The notes under the pieces were generated by a model. That model had not been told where the DNA came from. It ran no database searches and was given only the letters and a program-made list of their open reading frames with translations. A program made the translations under genes and the position numbers. DNA of 64,000 nt from Paramoeba atlantica (taxonomy: Eukaryota > Protista > Discosea), in contig CDRNVI010000024.1 in assembly GCA_977017575.1 (NCBI GenBank), positions 308,368-372,367 on the forward strand, read 5' to 3'. Shown one piece after another: positions 11,931-23,989 of this stretch; position 1 is the first letter of the stretch, and each line of letters starts with the position of its first letter.

Positions 11931-12669
11931 TATAATGTGTAAATGTGAAATAGCGGGTAAGTGATTCTTCAAATTTCTTCAAAAGATTATGAATTTTGCA
12001 GATATTGAATCTTGCAGGCTCTGCGATGTGTTTTTGTGTTTTATCTTGCCATTGATTACGCCACGTCTAGGATCCAACGAGTGATCTAACGGGAACTGGT
12101 TGAAGGACAACTCTAACGCGGTTTGCACGGTACAAGGAAAGAGCATTATGGGAAGAACTTGTTGTGAGCTATAGCTTCCCGTCTTTTTCCATTTCTGCAC
12201 AAAAACTACAACTCTTTTCCCTTTTTTCTACGCGTCAGCGTATGCACACCACTTGCTCCACCTGACATCACGTGACCCCTCTAAGCCTGTACACCTTCAT
12301 CGGCTCTCTCCTGCCCCGCGAAATTCCTCCAGGTCCATCGACGATCTGTCTGCCGCGCGCCTTTCTGGACATGAAACACTGATAAACACCATATAGATTT
12401 CATAGTATAGTGTTTATAGTACTATAAACGAGGTTTATAGTACTATAAATTTTCTTGAAACACTGTAAACTATCTATAAATAGTTTTAGGGACCTCTGCA
12501 AAAAAAACAAGAAAAGAAATCAACGAAAAATCAAGAACCTTTTCCTGAATCTGTTTGGGCCATATTATTTTTACAGATTTTCTTTGTTTTCAACTTACAT
12601 TTATAGTGCCGGTGAACCAAAAAAAATTGGCGCCGCTTTGCGGCGCCGGACTCTTCCCTTCAACTTTAT

Positions 12670-12722
12670 GTGCGCTTAAACGGGGGGGTCTGACTGGGTG
12701 CACTTAAGGGGAGGGGGGACAG
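12670..12722. repeat. Right TIR of a CTGTC-type element
   Basis: GTGCGCTTAAACGGGGGGG...GTGCACTTAAGGGGAGGGGGGACAG followed by TA. It is preceded by the hairpin GGCGCCGCTTTGCGGCGCC, also present in the 24834-25551 MITE. Confidence 0.6.
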
Positions 12723-12778
12723 TATTTTTTGCATCCTATTTAATACATCCTTTCGAAATATGGAAAGGAGTGGTAATA

Positions 12779-13316
12779 AACTCCTGGCCACCAATAAGGC
12801 ACCTCCCCCCTCATCTTTTGCACGAGGGAGCATGGCAGGGTTATGATACCATATTTTCGTTCAGATTTTTGAGATCTGTACGTTCCCGCCATTTTTAGTC
12901 GATTAAAACCTTGGAACAAAAAATATATAAAAAACTTTCCACTTCTGTTTTCCAGGAATGCGCAATTCTGTGATCAGGGGCACGAGGGGTCTCCCTATGA
13001 AAAAATGGCAGCAATCACCTTCGTGAGGGAAGCGAGATCTCTCGTTTGCAACAAAAATGAGCAAAAACACATGAAAAAAGCTGAATTTCTCAGAGGGGGC
13101 AGAGTTTTTCGTCTAAAAGGGCGTACTTTTTTTTGAAAATTTTAAGAGGGTGAAAATGTAGTAATCAGACCTTCAAATGTATGCATTTTGGATTTTTTGT
13201 TCCGTTTCTTAACGCGCAAACTCTTTGTGTTGAGATCTATAAAATGCTACAAAAATTAAGTCAAACAAGCGACACATTGAGATTTTGGAGGGGGTACCTT
13301 ATTTTGGCCAGGGGTT
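12779..13316. mobile_element. TA-flanked MITE related to the DD35E family ends
   Basis: TIR AACTCCTGGCCACCAATAAGG / CCTTATTTTGGCCAGGGGTT with TA on both sides. Subterminal blocks are shared with 5090-5170, 10350-10487 and 56280-56393. Confidence 0.78.
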
Positions 13317-13429
13317 TATAATCGAGACGAAAATACGGAAAACTAAGTTTCGCACCGTTTTGTCGAACTAGATTCACAATCGCGACGGTACTTTGGGGTG
13401 GGCACTGCAGAGCGGAACGTTCCCCGGTA

Positions 13430-14287
13430 AGATCATGAATAATCCATTTTTGGGGGGAGAAAAATCTCGATTTTTCGGTGAAAATTGCGAAATTTTGGCC
13501 GTTTTTGATGCCTTACCAGTAGGGGTAGGAGGCGCATCTGACGGAAAAAACGTCACAGAATGATAGCTGAGATGCCGAACTCACTAGATACGTTTTAGGA
13601 GTCGATTCTGAAAAAAAATTATTTTTGTTTTTTTCCTGTCAAAAAAAAAATTTTGGTCATCCCAAAAGTTTCGGAAATTTTGACCTTGTCGGACCCCTCT
13701 TGCGCGTACCAGGGGGGTTACCCCCAAATATGGGGGTGGAAAGTCATCGCCGCGGCATACTCTACCATTTCCTTGCGCTCGATTTTGAAAATCAAGATTT
13801 TGAAAATTTCAGAAAATAACGCTTCAAAAACATGGACCTCCCCATGGAACCCCCATTGTTTTGAAGTTTTCAGTTTGGGACCACCGGGGCCCCCTTTTAT
13901 ACTTTTTTCCTTTATTACAGTAAACATCACTATTCTCAGAATGCTCAGTTGTACGTTGACACAAAAAAAACGGCTTTTTTATCGTTTTTCGTCACTATTC
14001 TCAGAATTGGTCTGTTGAACAGGCACTTTTTCATGAAGTCAAATCATAATTCTCATTTAAAAAAAAAAAACGTTTTGCAAGAAAATTGTTAGCAACGGAG
14101 CAACTGGCCGCTTTGGGTTGTACGTTGACAGCCCAATTCTCATTTTTAGCGACTATCAGAATAGTGAAGTTTACTGTATATTACTGTGTTCCTCTTATAA
14201 TATTATTATTATATTTAATATTTATTTATATTTATTTTCACTGCTTTTGTTCACTTTTTTTTCAATAATCGAGGGTAGAGCGGTAGT
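13430..14287 (+). mobile_element. Family B copy 2 (5' hairpin missing, 3' hairpin truncated)
   Basis: Colinear with 5600-6110 and 6900-6960. It ends in ATAATCGAGGGTAGAGCGGTAGT, then a (GCCCGATTTnnn)x4 tract. Confidence 0.68.
13918..14176. mobile_element. 259-bp TA-flanked MITE nested in family B copy 2
   Basis: TIR CAGTAAAC(A/T)TCACTATTCT and its reverse complement, TA on both sides. Confidence 0.8.
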
Positions 14288-14419
14288 GCCCGATTTAATG
14301 CCCGATTTGTGGCCCGATTTCGTGCCCGATATTGTTTCAGATGTGTTTACAAAAACAAATTAACAAAGGCGTACGAATCGAATTGAGTGACAAATCATTA
14401 GTTTTTAAAACAATTTCGA

Positions 14420-15126
14420 TGGGTACCCTACCCAGTAGCGTACTAGTTTACAGAGAAAATTTTCAGAATCTTTTCCTAAAAAAGTCAGTAATAATTTTTT
14501 TAAGAGCTGTGCACAGTTTCTGGCAGTTTCTGGCAGTTTCTGGCGGACTCTGACAGTTTTTGTAGGTACTCTGATAGTTTTTCGAGTGGAGAACTAGAGG
14601 GGGTGTACTAGGCTAAATATGGGAACCGCAGTGGGTACACTACTATTGTGACTGGTGATGAGACTTCCGTGTTGGGAGCCCACAAGTGAGATAACCTAAG
14701 AAATCCGTGGCAAAAGAGGGTGAAGGTAAAGACCATGAAGGTTAAGGCATGTATCAAAGAAAAGGCCATGATAAGACTTGTACGCAAGCCACCCAACCGA
14801 GGCAGCTCTATCCCTTTTTCTTGATTTTAATGCCTCACTTGGACAGCGTGCAACTCCGTCGAAAAAAATACATCCTTTACTATCCTATACTATACATACT
14901 TTTTGCTTTTTTTGGGCTCAAAAAAAATTTTGGTCATCCCAGAAATTTCGAACACTTTCGGCGCGGTTGTATCATGCTAAAAACAACTTTTGGCGCAAAG
15001 GTCGCTCGAACTTCTTCTAGTACGCTACTTATCCTAGTATGCTGCTTATCCTAGTACGTTACTTATCCTCAAACTGCCCATTTCGGAGACGGAATGCGGG
15101 ATATCTAAGGGGGGGGGGGGTAAAGG
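14420..15126 (+). mobile_element. pogo-like deletion derivative (family C)
   Basis: Encodes the YTTIVTGDETSV remnant. It has 3 subterminal 17-mers TAGTACGCTACTTATCC and the end GATATCTAAGGGGGGGGGGGGTAAAGG followed by TA. Homologous to 17996-20059. Confidence 0.72.
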
Positions 15127-15289
15127 TACCTACACTTTATATATACACTTTGGTTTCATTTGATATTGCTTCACCGTGCCGGTAATACACCTACAAAGGC
15201 CAAAATTTACCTGGAAATGTGTGACACGCAAGGCAGTAGAGCAGGGAGGGGGCGCAAGGCAAAAAGGGAGAAGGCGGAGGGCCCCTCAT

Positions 15290-15442
15290 TTTTTTGATTT
15301 TTTTCAGTTTGGACCACCGGGGCCCCCTTTTACATATTTTTCTTTTATTGTATATTACTGTGTTCCTGTTTATATTTTCTCCGTTTTTGCTCACTTTTCT
15401 TTTCAATAATCGAGGGTAGGGCGGTAGGTATACAACCACCGC
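15290..15442 (+). mobile_element. Family B copy 3 (3' end only)
   Basis: GGACCACCGGGGCCCCC...ATAATCGAGGGTAGGGCGGTAGGTATACAACCACCGC followed by AAT. Confidence 0.68.
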
Positions 15443-15511
15443 AATATTTTTTAATACCAGAATGTCACCTGATGGTCTTTTTCAGCGTTTGCGTGCACAT
15501 GCCTAGAACAA

Positions 15512-17893
15512 TTACATAAAATTCTTATCAAGGTCCGAAATATGTTTTTCGATTTCTCGTTGAAAGTGAAGCGGGGGACAAAAGTTTATCTGGGAGAACA
15601 ATTTTAGCAGTCGCGGTAAGATCGATGTAATAAAGTAACGAAATTCATATTGAAACGCACTTGAGGTATCTTCTTTTTCATTCTCCAGGAAGTGATTTGT
15701 GCAAGAGAAATCGCGATTTCTTATGTCGTGTATACGATTAGGTACTGACGTGAGAATAAAAGTGGATCTATCGACTGGGCGTTCCCGCTGAATGTTCTCT
15801 GTAAAGTGAATTAACAACCTGTACACGTGCCCACACGATAAATAGCAAATTCGACGCGTAGATTCCTGCAAGGATGAAAGTTTCTCAGAATGAGGCAACT
15901 GACTATTTCCCACTCCGATTGGCTGGGCTTGATCATGATTAAAGAGAAAACACTTGCCTATCGCAAGCACGAGTTCACATGATAAAACCAACTCTATCAC
16001 CGATAGGGAACCTCGAGAAGTTAATTCCTTCTCTACAAGATACAATGCAGAGGAGACAATGCCATATGGCCATTGACGCATTAAAAGTTCATTGCTCTGG
16101 CAAGCAGTATGATAAATAAAATCTATGAATTGGGACACAAACCTTCCGTCCAGCATTTCTCGTTCTAAACCCTTAACAATTTCTTCGGATGCCTCCGCGA
16201 GCAATGATGGATTGATTCGAAGCGTGCGCAAAACATCTACGAGAGATTTTGGGTTTATTAGCTGAATCAAATGGTAAAAGCTCTTGGATTCGATGTACAT
16301 CCCAGGTTGAACCAAGTAGGTAGCGCTGTACTCCCCAATATCCAAAAACATCCTGCGGATTGCAGCATTTTCGAAATCCAGGGAAGCGCTCTCCGGAGAG
16401 TACAAGAAACTGTGCAGTAGAAGAGCGACTGTCCGTTGCGTACTTCTGTAGACTTCTATGCTTGGAGTCCCCTGTTGACTAGTAATGTCAAGGCGTACGT
16501 GGCTTGCGTTCCATAAGGATCCACTAGCAAGCAATAGCCTGTCAAAATTGTCAGATGTACAGCAATACTGAAAGAGACAATACCATAACAGATCGTATTG
16601 TTCCTTATGCGTGTCTATTCCGACATTGTTTAAGGCGCGTAAGATTCGGGATGCATCTCCCGGATTTAATTCCGAAGCGTTTCGGGAACAACAGAGATCA
16701 TATAACAACAAAACGGTTCTTTTTTCACAAAAATAGGAAAGCGCTAGCAATGCACGTGCTGAGTACGACCTCCAAGTTAAATCTTCGTTTGGAAATGCAA
16801 GGTGCTTTCGTACCTTATTGAATAATGCGTACGACATCGTCCGCGTCATATCGTTCAACATCTTGCGGGGTATTTTGATTCCTTCGTACTGCAGTTGGCC
16901 GCAAGCTAAGAGAACTCGTGAAGCATATAACAAATGCCGCCACTCATTAGGCCCTAAACGCACACTATTCAATCCGAAGGTATCATCCCAAATTTGAGAT
17001 TTTAGATGGCTACACACACTTTGAAGAACTGTGCTGTAGAGCGCGAATAAATCGCGGTCTGTAAAAAAGAGTAAATGAGTTGAGCGGGATAGAGCACATA
17101 TCACTCGAAGTGTGCTGCTGTGATCAAAATGTGACCACGAAACCGATAGAAGACTCTGCAGCAACAGTGGAAACCATTCTCTACTGGTGCTCCCATAACG
17201 TAGTGGCTGAATCGTAAGCGCGTATAGTATTACAGTTAAGTCATCCGCACCTAATTCTTCTCTACACGCCGTTGCACGATTTAACAACAGCATTAACATG
17301 GAATTTGACAGGGGAAATTTGGACGAATGATAACGGAGAATGTGGACGGCATCCGTCGCAGAACTCGTACGTAAGAGGTCTTTGAGTTGAGCTTCGATTG
17401 CTTTTTGGAGAACAGATGGAAAAATTAAATTATGATGGGCTGCAACAGCAAATAACAACGTTATAGATTTTAACGTTGATTTCCCAATGAGCAAGTTTAT
17501 GTCCTGCAGGTGTCTGAGAGCACTTTTTTTATGCGGAGAACGAAACAATTTATGAATCTTGTATTCTAGGGAACCTTCAATGGGCAGATAATCGCTCTTG
17601 CTACAAATGCAATAGTCAAGCACTGATTTGACGGTATTTCGCCATTTTGATCTTATTTGATCTCGTATTACAGAAAGTCGGGGATTATTTTCCCGACATA
17701 CATGTTTCTTCCTAGTGCTGCGGATTTCAAGTTCGCACACATCTAGAATACGTGGCTTTCTGACGAGTGATTCAAAAATGCCACGAGTGCCCAGTGGAAA
17801 CTCTGGCGAGTATATTTCTTTCCAAAGCTGTTTAGAGAAAAATGTGTGTATTCTGTCACGACAATGAGTTGTAAAAGCGGTGGAGGACTGCAT
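15512..17893 (-). CDS. Hypothetical 793-aa Leu-rich, probably alpha-helical protein
   Basis: Long ATG-initiated ORF on the host-gene strand. No family motif recognised. Confidence 0.75.
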   Translation of the reverse strand: MQSSTAFTTHCRDRIHTFFSKQLWKEIYSPEFPLGTRGIFESLVRKPRILDVCELEIRSTRKKHVCRENNPRLSVIRDQIRSKWRNTVKSVLDYCICSKSDYLPIEGSLEYKIHKLFRSPHKKSALRHLQDINLLIGKSTLKSITLLFAVAAHHNLIFPSVLQKAIEAQLKDLLRTSSATDAVHILRYHSSKFPLSNSMLMLLLNRATACREELGADDLTVILYALTIQPLRYGSTSREWFPLLLQSLLSVSWSHFDHSSTLRVICALSRSTHLLFFTDRDLFALYSTVLQSVCSHLKSQIWDDTFGLNSVRLGPNEWRHLLYASRVLLACGQLQYEGIKIPRKMLNDMTRTMSYALFNKVRKHLAFPNEDLTWRSYSARALLALSYFCEKRTVLLLYDLCCSRNASELNPGDASRILRALNNVGIDTHKEQYDLLWYCLFQYCCTSDNFDRLLLASGSLWNASHVRLDITSQQGTPSIEVYRSTQRTVALLLHSFLYSPESASLDFENAAIRRMFLDIGEYSATYLVQPGMYIESKSFYHLIQLINPKSLVDVLRTLRINPSLLAEASEEIVKGLEREMLDGRFVSQFIDFIYHTACQSNELLMRQWPYGIVSSALYLVEKELTSRGSLSVIELVLSCELVLAIGKCFLFNHDQAQPIGVGNSQLPHSEKLSSLQESTRRICYLSCGHVYRLLIHFTENIQRERPVDRSTFILTSVPNRIHDIRNRDFSCTNHFLENEKEDTSSAFQYEFRYFITSILPRLLKLFSQINFCPPLHFQREIEKHISDLDKNFM

Positions 17894-17995
17894 CGGAAGA
17901 GTGGAGCGCGAATATTAATTCGTACTTTAGTACTATTGCTTCTAATTTCAATTTTTTTTTGATTTGAATATAGATATTATTTAATATTGTAACTA

Positions 17996-20059
17996 CCGTT
18001 ACCCCCCCTTAGAAATCCCAGTACGCTACTTATCCTCTTTTGTGATGAAACCTTTGGGTCACGAGAGGATAAGCAGCGTACTAGTTTACAGAGAAAATTT
18101 TGAGAATATTTTCTTAAAAAAAATTCAGTAGTATTTTTTTTAAAGTTGTGCACAGTTATATTCAGAATAGAAATACATCGATAGATACGTCATGTAACAT
18201 GCGCATGTACAAAAAAAACGGGTCACCGACAGTATAAATGTAGGTTGAAAAAAAAAATTTTGGAAAAAAATCTTTTAATAATTTTTACCCTAAAATGGTT
18301 GTTCTATTGTATTTAAACGTTCGGTAAACGGTTTTAGCGGCGTTCAAAGTAGCATTTCAACTCTTTTACACTCGACTTTACACTGACTGTCTCCCCCTAT
18401 TTAGTGTTTTTTCTTCTTTAGATTCCTTCTTGATTCCCTCAAATATTGCTCTCTAGATGTCATCACTTACTTGAGGGGCTTCGGGAGGCGAGATTTCACG
18501 ACATCTCGCGAAGCTTCACCAGGGGTTTATTATTATGTTCTCAACGTTTCGCGAGATTTCACCGAGGTTTCGCGAAGTTTCATCGAAGTTCCGAAAGGTG
18601 TCATCGAGGTTTCTTGAGGCTGCATCCAGGTTTCACCAAAGTTTGGGAGAAGTTTCTCGAGGTTTTACCCGCAGCCCCCTACTTGAAGCTTTTTTATCAG
18701 GGTGGACACAACATTCGCAAGGGGTGTTTAACCCGAAGCAGTGGTTTCGCGGCCAATACACCGTTTTTTCCGCCTTTAACGGCGAAATTGAGGGCGCTGG
18801 CAGCAAATAGGCCAAAGTAGTACACGTTGTACAGAACATTTGAGAAGTAAAAAAGGTCCGAAATATAGGGAGTATGTTTCCAAAGATGTTCGAATTCCTA
18901 TTGAAATAATTTCTCCTGCGCATTTCCCTCAAAAAAATTGAATTCGAAAAATATTGAAAAATATCACTTCCAACTTATATTTACACTGCATATTACCCAA
19001 AAAAACTTCTGTTCACCATACACTATACAGATGCTTCTATACTATTTCTACACTGTATGCTACAACTCTACTACTACCAAATGCGTCAACCATTGCCTCC
19101 ACTTAGTTTTAGCGCGAATCAGGTTAGGGGTGCTCTAATGCCTCAAGACCCTGTCGTTGTTGTTACTGCCCCAGAGAATATTACTCACTAGAGTTACGAA
19201 GAGAATGATGTTTTCGTTTTTCTCTGGTAACTCAGCTCACTTTCGGGTCTTGTCAGAGTCCGGCAAAGACAAGTTCTGGCTACGCTTTTGTCAATTTGCC
19301 GACGCCGGGTGAACAGTTGTACACAACTTGTTCCTACCGACCCCGAAGAATCAGTCAGCAAATTGCTTGATACGATCGCTCTTATGAATGCCGACCGCGG
19401 TGGGTACACTACTATTGTGACTGGTGATTAGACTTCGGTGTGTTGGGAGCCCATAAGTGAGATAACCTCCGAAATCCGTGGTACAAAGAGGGTGAAGGTT
19501 AAGACATGTCACAAAGAAAAGGCTATGGTAACAGCTTGGTTTTGGGCGTCTGTGCTTTTTCCCGGTTCCTCCCCAGGACAAAGTATTGGGAACACCGTTT
19601 GTTTCCACCACCTGTTGCGGAGCGCTCAATTTTGTGAAGGTCGAGGTGCACGGGAAACGAAGGCAGCATCAGACCTGTACGGTTGCACTTCAACCGTTAC
19701 AGGATCAGGCTGGATGACAGGAGATTCCTTTTTTCAAAGAATGATAAAGGATTTTTTTGACACAAGCAAGTATCCACTCGAGAAGACTTTATTCGTGCTG
19801 GACTTGTACGCAAGTCACCCAACCGAGGGAGTCCTATCCCTTTTTCTTGATTTTGATGCCTCACTTGGACAGCATGCAACTCCGACGAAAAGAAATCATC
19901 GGGGAATACTTTCGGCGCGGTTGTAACATGCTAAAAACAATTTTTGGCGCAAAGGTCACTCGAACTTCTTCTAGTACGCTACTTATCCTAGTACGTTACT
20001 TATCCTCAAACTACCCATTTCGGAGACGGAATGCGGGATATCTAAGGGGGGGGTAACGG
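17996..20059 (+). mobile_element. pogo-like DNA transposon, decayed (family C)
   Basis: TIR CCGTTACCCCCCCTTAGA(A/T)ATCCC with TA on both sides. Transposase remnants at about 19200-19926: LSICRRRVNSCTQLVP, TGD*TSV, GWMT, LFVLDLYASH (DDE_1-like). Confidence 0.8.
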
Positions 20060-20115
20060 TACTCCCAATAATTCCCCCAATACGTAATTATCCCCCCAAT
20101 ATTATAGAAAGAATT

Positions 20116-20579
20116 GCGGTGACTGTAAAACTACTTCTCTACCCTCGATTATAATAAAACAAAAGTGAACAAAAACAGTGAAAACGCCTCCCAAAATGGC
20201 CCATTTTTGACCAAAAATTGCGAAAAGGTAATTTTCGGACCTAAATGGGTCTTTTTATGTCAAAAGAATGGTGTGGTTGGAGTCGCATTCTCTACCCAAT
20301 ACGTTCAGTAAGCTTTCATTCACGCCTACGAGTGATTTCTCACACGCATATATCGGATTTAGTGCTCTGAGAGCAAAAATACCCAAAAATCACCCCATTT
20401 TTACCTGAAAATCGGCTAATTTTGGCTATAATCTTTGTGTTTCCTTTAGCTTTCCAGGCCGAATTTTCTTTTTTAGGCTCTTCGTTAAACGCCGTGGTAG
20501 TTTTCAACGCGAAGCGCGCAGCATGAGTGACTTCTAAGTTGAAAACAACCACCGCGTTGAACGATGAGCCTAAAAAAGA
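20116..20579 (-). mobile_element. Family B copy 4 (short, both hairpin ends present)
   Basis: Long inverted repeat 20467-20579 and a degenerate 3' hairpin at 20116-20137. Internal identity to 55270-55663. Confidence 0.72.
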
Positions 20580-20644
20580 ATTTTGTAATCAAAATGTAGA
20601 AAAGTCAAAAACTTCTGAAGATGCTTATGGATGAAATTACAATA

Positions 20645-22752
20645 CCGTTACCCCCCCTTAGATATCCCGCATTCCGTCTCCGAAATGGGCAGTTTGAGGA
20701 TAAGTAACATACTAGGATAAGTAGCATACTAGGATAAGTAGCGTACTAGAAGAAGTTCGCGCGACATTTGCGCCAGAAGTTGTTTTTAGCATGATACAAC
20801 CGCGCCGAAAGTTTTCGCCGATGTGTTCTTTTGGACGGAGTTGCACGCTGTCCAAGTGAGGCATCAAAATCGAGAAAAAGGAATTGCGTACAAGTCTAGC
20901 ACGAATAAAGTCTTGCCGGGTGGATACTTGCTCGTGTCAAAATAAATCCTCTATCATTCATTGAAAAAAGGAAGCTCCTGTTATCCAGCCTGATCCTGTA
21001 ACGGTTGAAGTGCAACAGTACAGATCTGATGCTGCTTTCGTTTCCCGTGCAACTCGACCTTGACAAGACTGAGCGCTCCACAACAGGTGCAGTGGAAACA
21101 AACGATGTTCCCAAGTACGTTGTTCTGGGGAGGAACCGGGAAAAAGCACAGACATTGGACACTATGAAGATTTGGATGGCACTGGATGGCAGCGGATGGC
21201 ACTGGATGGCACTGGATAACTAATTTTTGTGTCCAAAAAAAATTATGTACTTGTGTACTAAAAAACTTGTCTACTACAAGTAACCAAAACTAAAATTTGT
21301 GGGACGGTTTGCGCACATCTGAATAAAAGTAAGGAAGTAATCGAGACAATTTTTTTCTAAAGCTTACGTGCTTACATCGCCTCCGACAAATACTGGAAAC
21401 AGAGTCAAGAACTTTCCCACCCTCGTGATCGTGAAGACATTTCTCTTCGGTCACAACGCAAAAAATCTTTAAAAGTTTTTGGTGTGTCTCCATCATGCTT
21501 TCACTTTAAAATTCAACTCAGGCCCGCACATGTACATGACAGAGAACGCACAAGAAGAGACCGAGAAAATATCTTATTTTGCAAAAGGAAAGGAAAAGTC
21601 GTGTTTTTGAAAAATGAGTACAATTGAATCCGACATTAGCCGCTTTTTCATATCAAGGCCATCACTTGTCCTACAACATCCGGCGGAAATGGAAAGTTCT
21701 TCGGTCCTCAAAAAAATCAAAAAAAGGGTCTTCGGGCCTCGCTCATATCTCCGTTTTGGATGGCACTGGATGGCACTGGATGGCAGCGCATGGCACCGGA
21801 TGGCAGTGGACAACTGCATAGTGTCCATTGTCCAAAACGAAGATGTTACCATGGCCTTTTCTTTGATACATGTCTTAACCTTCATGTCTTAATCTTCACG
21901 CTCTTTGTGCCACGGATTTCTTAGGTTATTTCATTTGTGGGCTCCCGGCACACCGAAGTCTCATCACCAGTCACAATATATTTATATATTGTACACAATA
22001 TACATACACCGCGGTACCTGTGTATAACCACCGCGGTTCCCTTATTTAGTCTAGTACACCCCCTCTAGCTCTCCACTCTAAAAAAATACCTACAGAAACT
22101 GTCAGAGTCCGCGAGTTCCCGCCAGAAACTGCCAGCGACCTACAGCGATCTATAGGTACCGTCTACATACTCTCCATTTTCTTCGCGAAGTAAAGACACC
22201 TTTTCTGAAAAACATGCTTCACTGAAGCCTGACAAACTCAGCATGGGGAAGCATGGTCGGGACCTCATCGCGGTCTTCCCTGGCACTACCATTTTGCAGA
22301 TGATATTTACTCAGACTTACATTTTGTACAACGTACTCAAACGACAGAAATACCGTATCTGCAAAAATTAATTTTACCAAGTTGGCAAACTTTTTGGGGG
22401 CAGTGCAAAAATTAGTAAATTTTTAATTAGTAAAACTTTTTTATTATTTTACAATAAAAGTTTTAATAATTTTTGCGAGCACTGTATCTTTCGTCGAAAA
22501 TGAACGCCGTACTCACTGACAAACGTTTGCTTCCTATCTACGAATCATGATTCTCATTGTTCTCAGAACACCGAGAATTTTATTCTGAATATAACTGTGC
22601 ACAACTCTTAAAATTTTACTACTGATTTTTTAAGAAAAGATTCTGAAAATATTCTCTGTAAACTAGTATGCTACTTATCCTCTCGTGACCCAGAGGTTTC
22701 ATCAAAAAGAGGATAAGTAGCGTACTAGGATATCTAAGGGGGGGGGGGGGGG
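20645..22752 (-). mobile_element. pogo-like DNA transposon, decayed, opposite orientation (family C)
   Basis: TA then CCGTTACCCCCCCTTAGATATCCC at the left and a degenerate G-run end plus TA at the right. IVTGDETSV remnant near 21960, GWITG remnant near 20985, and GGATGGCACT 10-mer arrays at about 21174 and 21757. Confidence 0.78.
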
Positions 22753-23442
22753 TACTTTCATTATTGTGAGCTTTTCAAGATCCACCAACAATCAGCTAAT
22801 ACAGGAAATTGCATAGCGAAGCCTAGCGTAGTGCCACGTTAAAATATTTCATTGGTTTAAAATGAGGAATTCGATATTCTTCGCAACTGATCCCTCCGAC
22901 AGCAAAGATTGTCATGTATGACATGAAGCGCCGCATTCCAATTTTTCTCGTAGGTGGCTAAATCATTCTCGTCTAATGGTTTATGTACAGTCGCATCACA
23001 CAATTTTTTAAATATTTCAATGGCGTCTGCAATATCTCTTGCTGCTCCCCATCCAGCGTTGAACTCTGATAGCCCCACAATTTTAGGATCTCTTTCCATT
23101 GCTTATACAAATCGCAACATAAATTTTGAATCAAGTGTATAACTTTAGCTAAAATTCCTATTTATAATGGTCATCGAAAATTTGATGCATATCAAAGGAA
23201 TTTCCAATGAAAGTTGGGAGTGTGTTATCAGGATATGTTATTCAGGATATGGTGGTAAAACTCAAGCCTACATCCGCTGAAACAATTAGTACAGTTCTGC
23301 GGCGACGTAAATTCACACCAAATCAGATTTCTAACTTGAAGGTCACAGATTGTCGACGGAGTCGCAATCCCGAAATACCGGTCTAAACTTAATTACGCCC
23401 AAACTTAATTAAGCCCAAAATCTGTCTTTGGCCGCAAAAGTA

Positions 23443-23987
23443 CAGTCCGCGTCATATTGATCCCCCCTCCGGAAATTCGATTTTGCTCTTCTATGCAGCA
23501 TTCGAGAGATCTTGTTCCCATGGCAAAGTATTTTGCCGCAATAAAACGTAACGAGGGGGGGTGCCACCTGGAGAGAAGCCCAAAGTTAGGAAAAAACAGA
23601 AAAAGTTAGGAAAATGACAAAAAATTAATGATATCAAGTGTGATCGCCGCTTAGCTACAAAGCGTCTTTTTGGGGAATTCGTATTTTTTATGTAACTAAA
23701 GGTGTTTTTAAGGGATTCAGACGACAATACGTGCCGTTTCGGCCTCTTCGGGGTGCTGCAAGAGGAAAAAGTCATGAAAAAATAAGCAATTTTTAAATCT
23801 ATTCAAAATTTTGGTAAAAAAACGTGCAATTTTCCACTTTTTCGAAGCGTCTGGCTAAAAGGTAAAAACAGTGGTAAAAACACTACTTTCCTATGGGAAC
23901 GATATCTCTCGAATGCTGCATAGATGAGAAAAATCGAATAGGAAAACTAAGATTTCCTGGGAGGGGGGGTCAGTATGACGCGGACTG
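23443..23987. mobile_element. MITE with CAGT-type TIRs
   Basis: CAGTCCGCGTCATA(T/C)TGA...GCAGCATTCGAGAGAT and an inverted copy. TA on the left, CA on the right. The subterminal block is shared with the 10746-11930 TIRs. Confidence 0.78.
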
Positions 23988-23989
23988 CA

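Noticed and set aside
18446-18820. 124-aa and 91-aa plus-strand ORFs
   Set aside because: They are translations of a degenerate 11-bp repeat inside a pogo element.
22005-22040. CCGCGGT...ACCGCGG hairpin in a pogo copy resembling the family B terminus
   Set aside because: It is explained by local duplication of the pogo's own ACCGCGGTGGGTACAC coding segment seen at 19394 and 14626.
22857-23099. 80-aa minus-strand ORF, and a 62-aa ORF at 26037-26225
   Set aside because: Both are protein-like and on the host strand, but short, motif-free and embedded in TE islands, so they are not supportable without homology or expression data.
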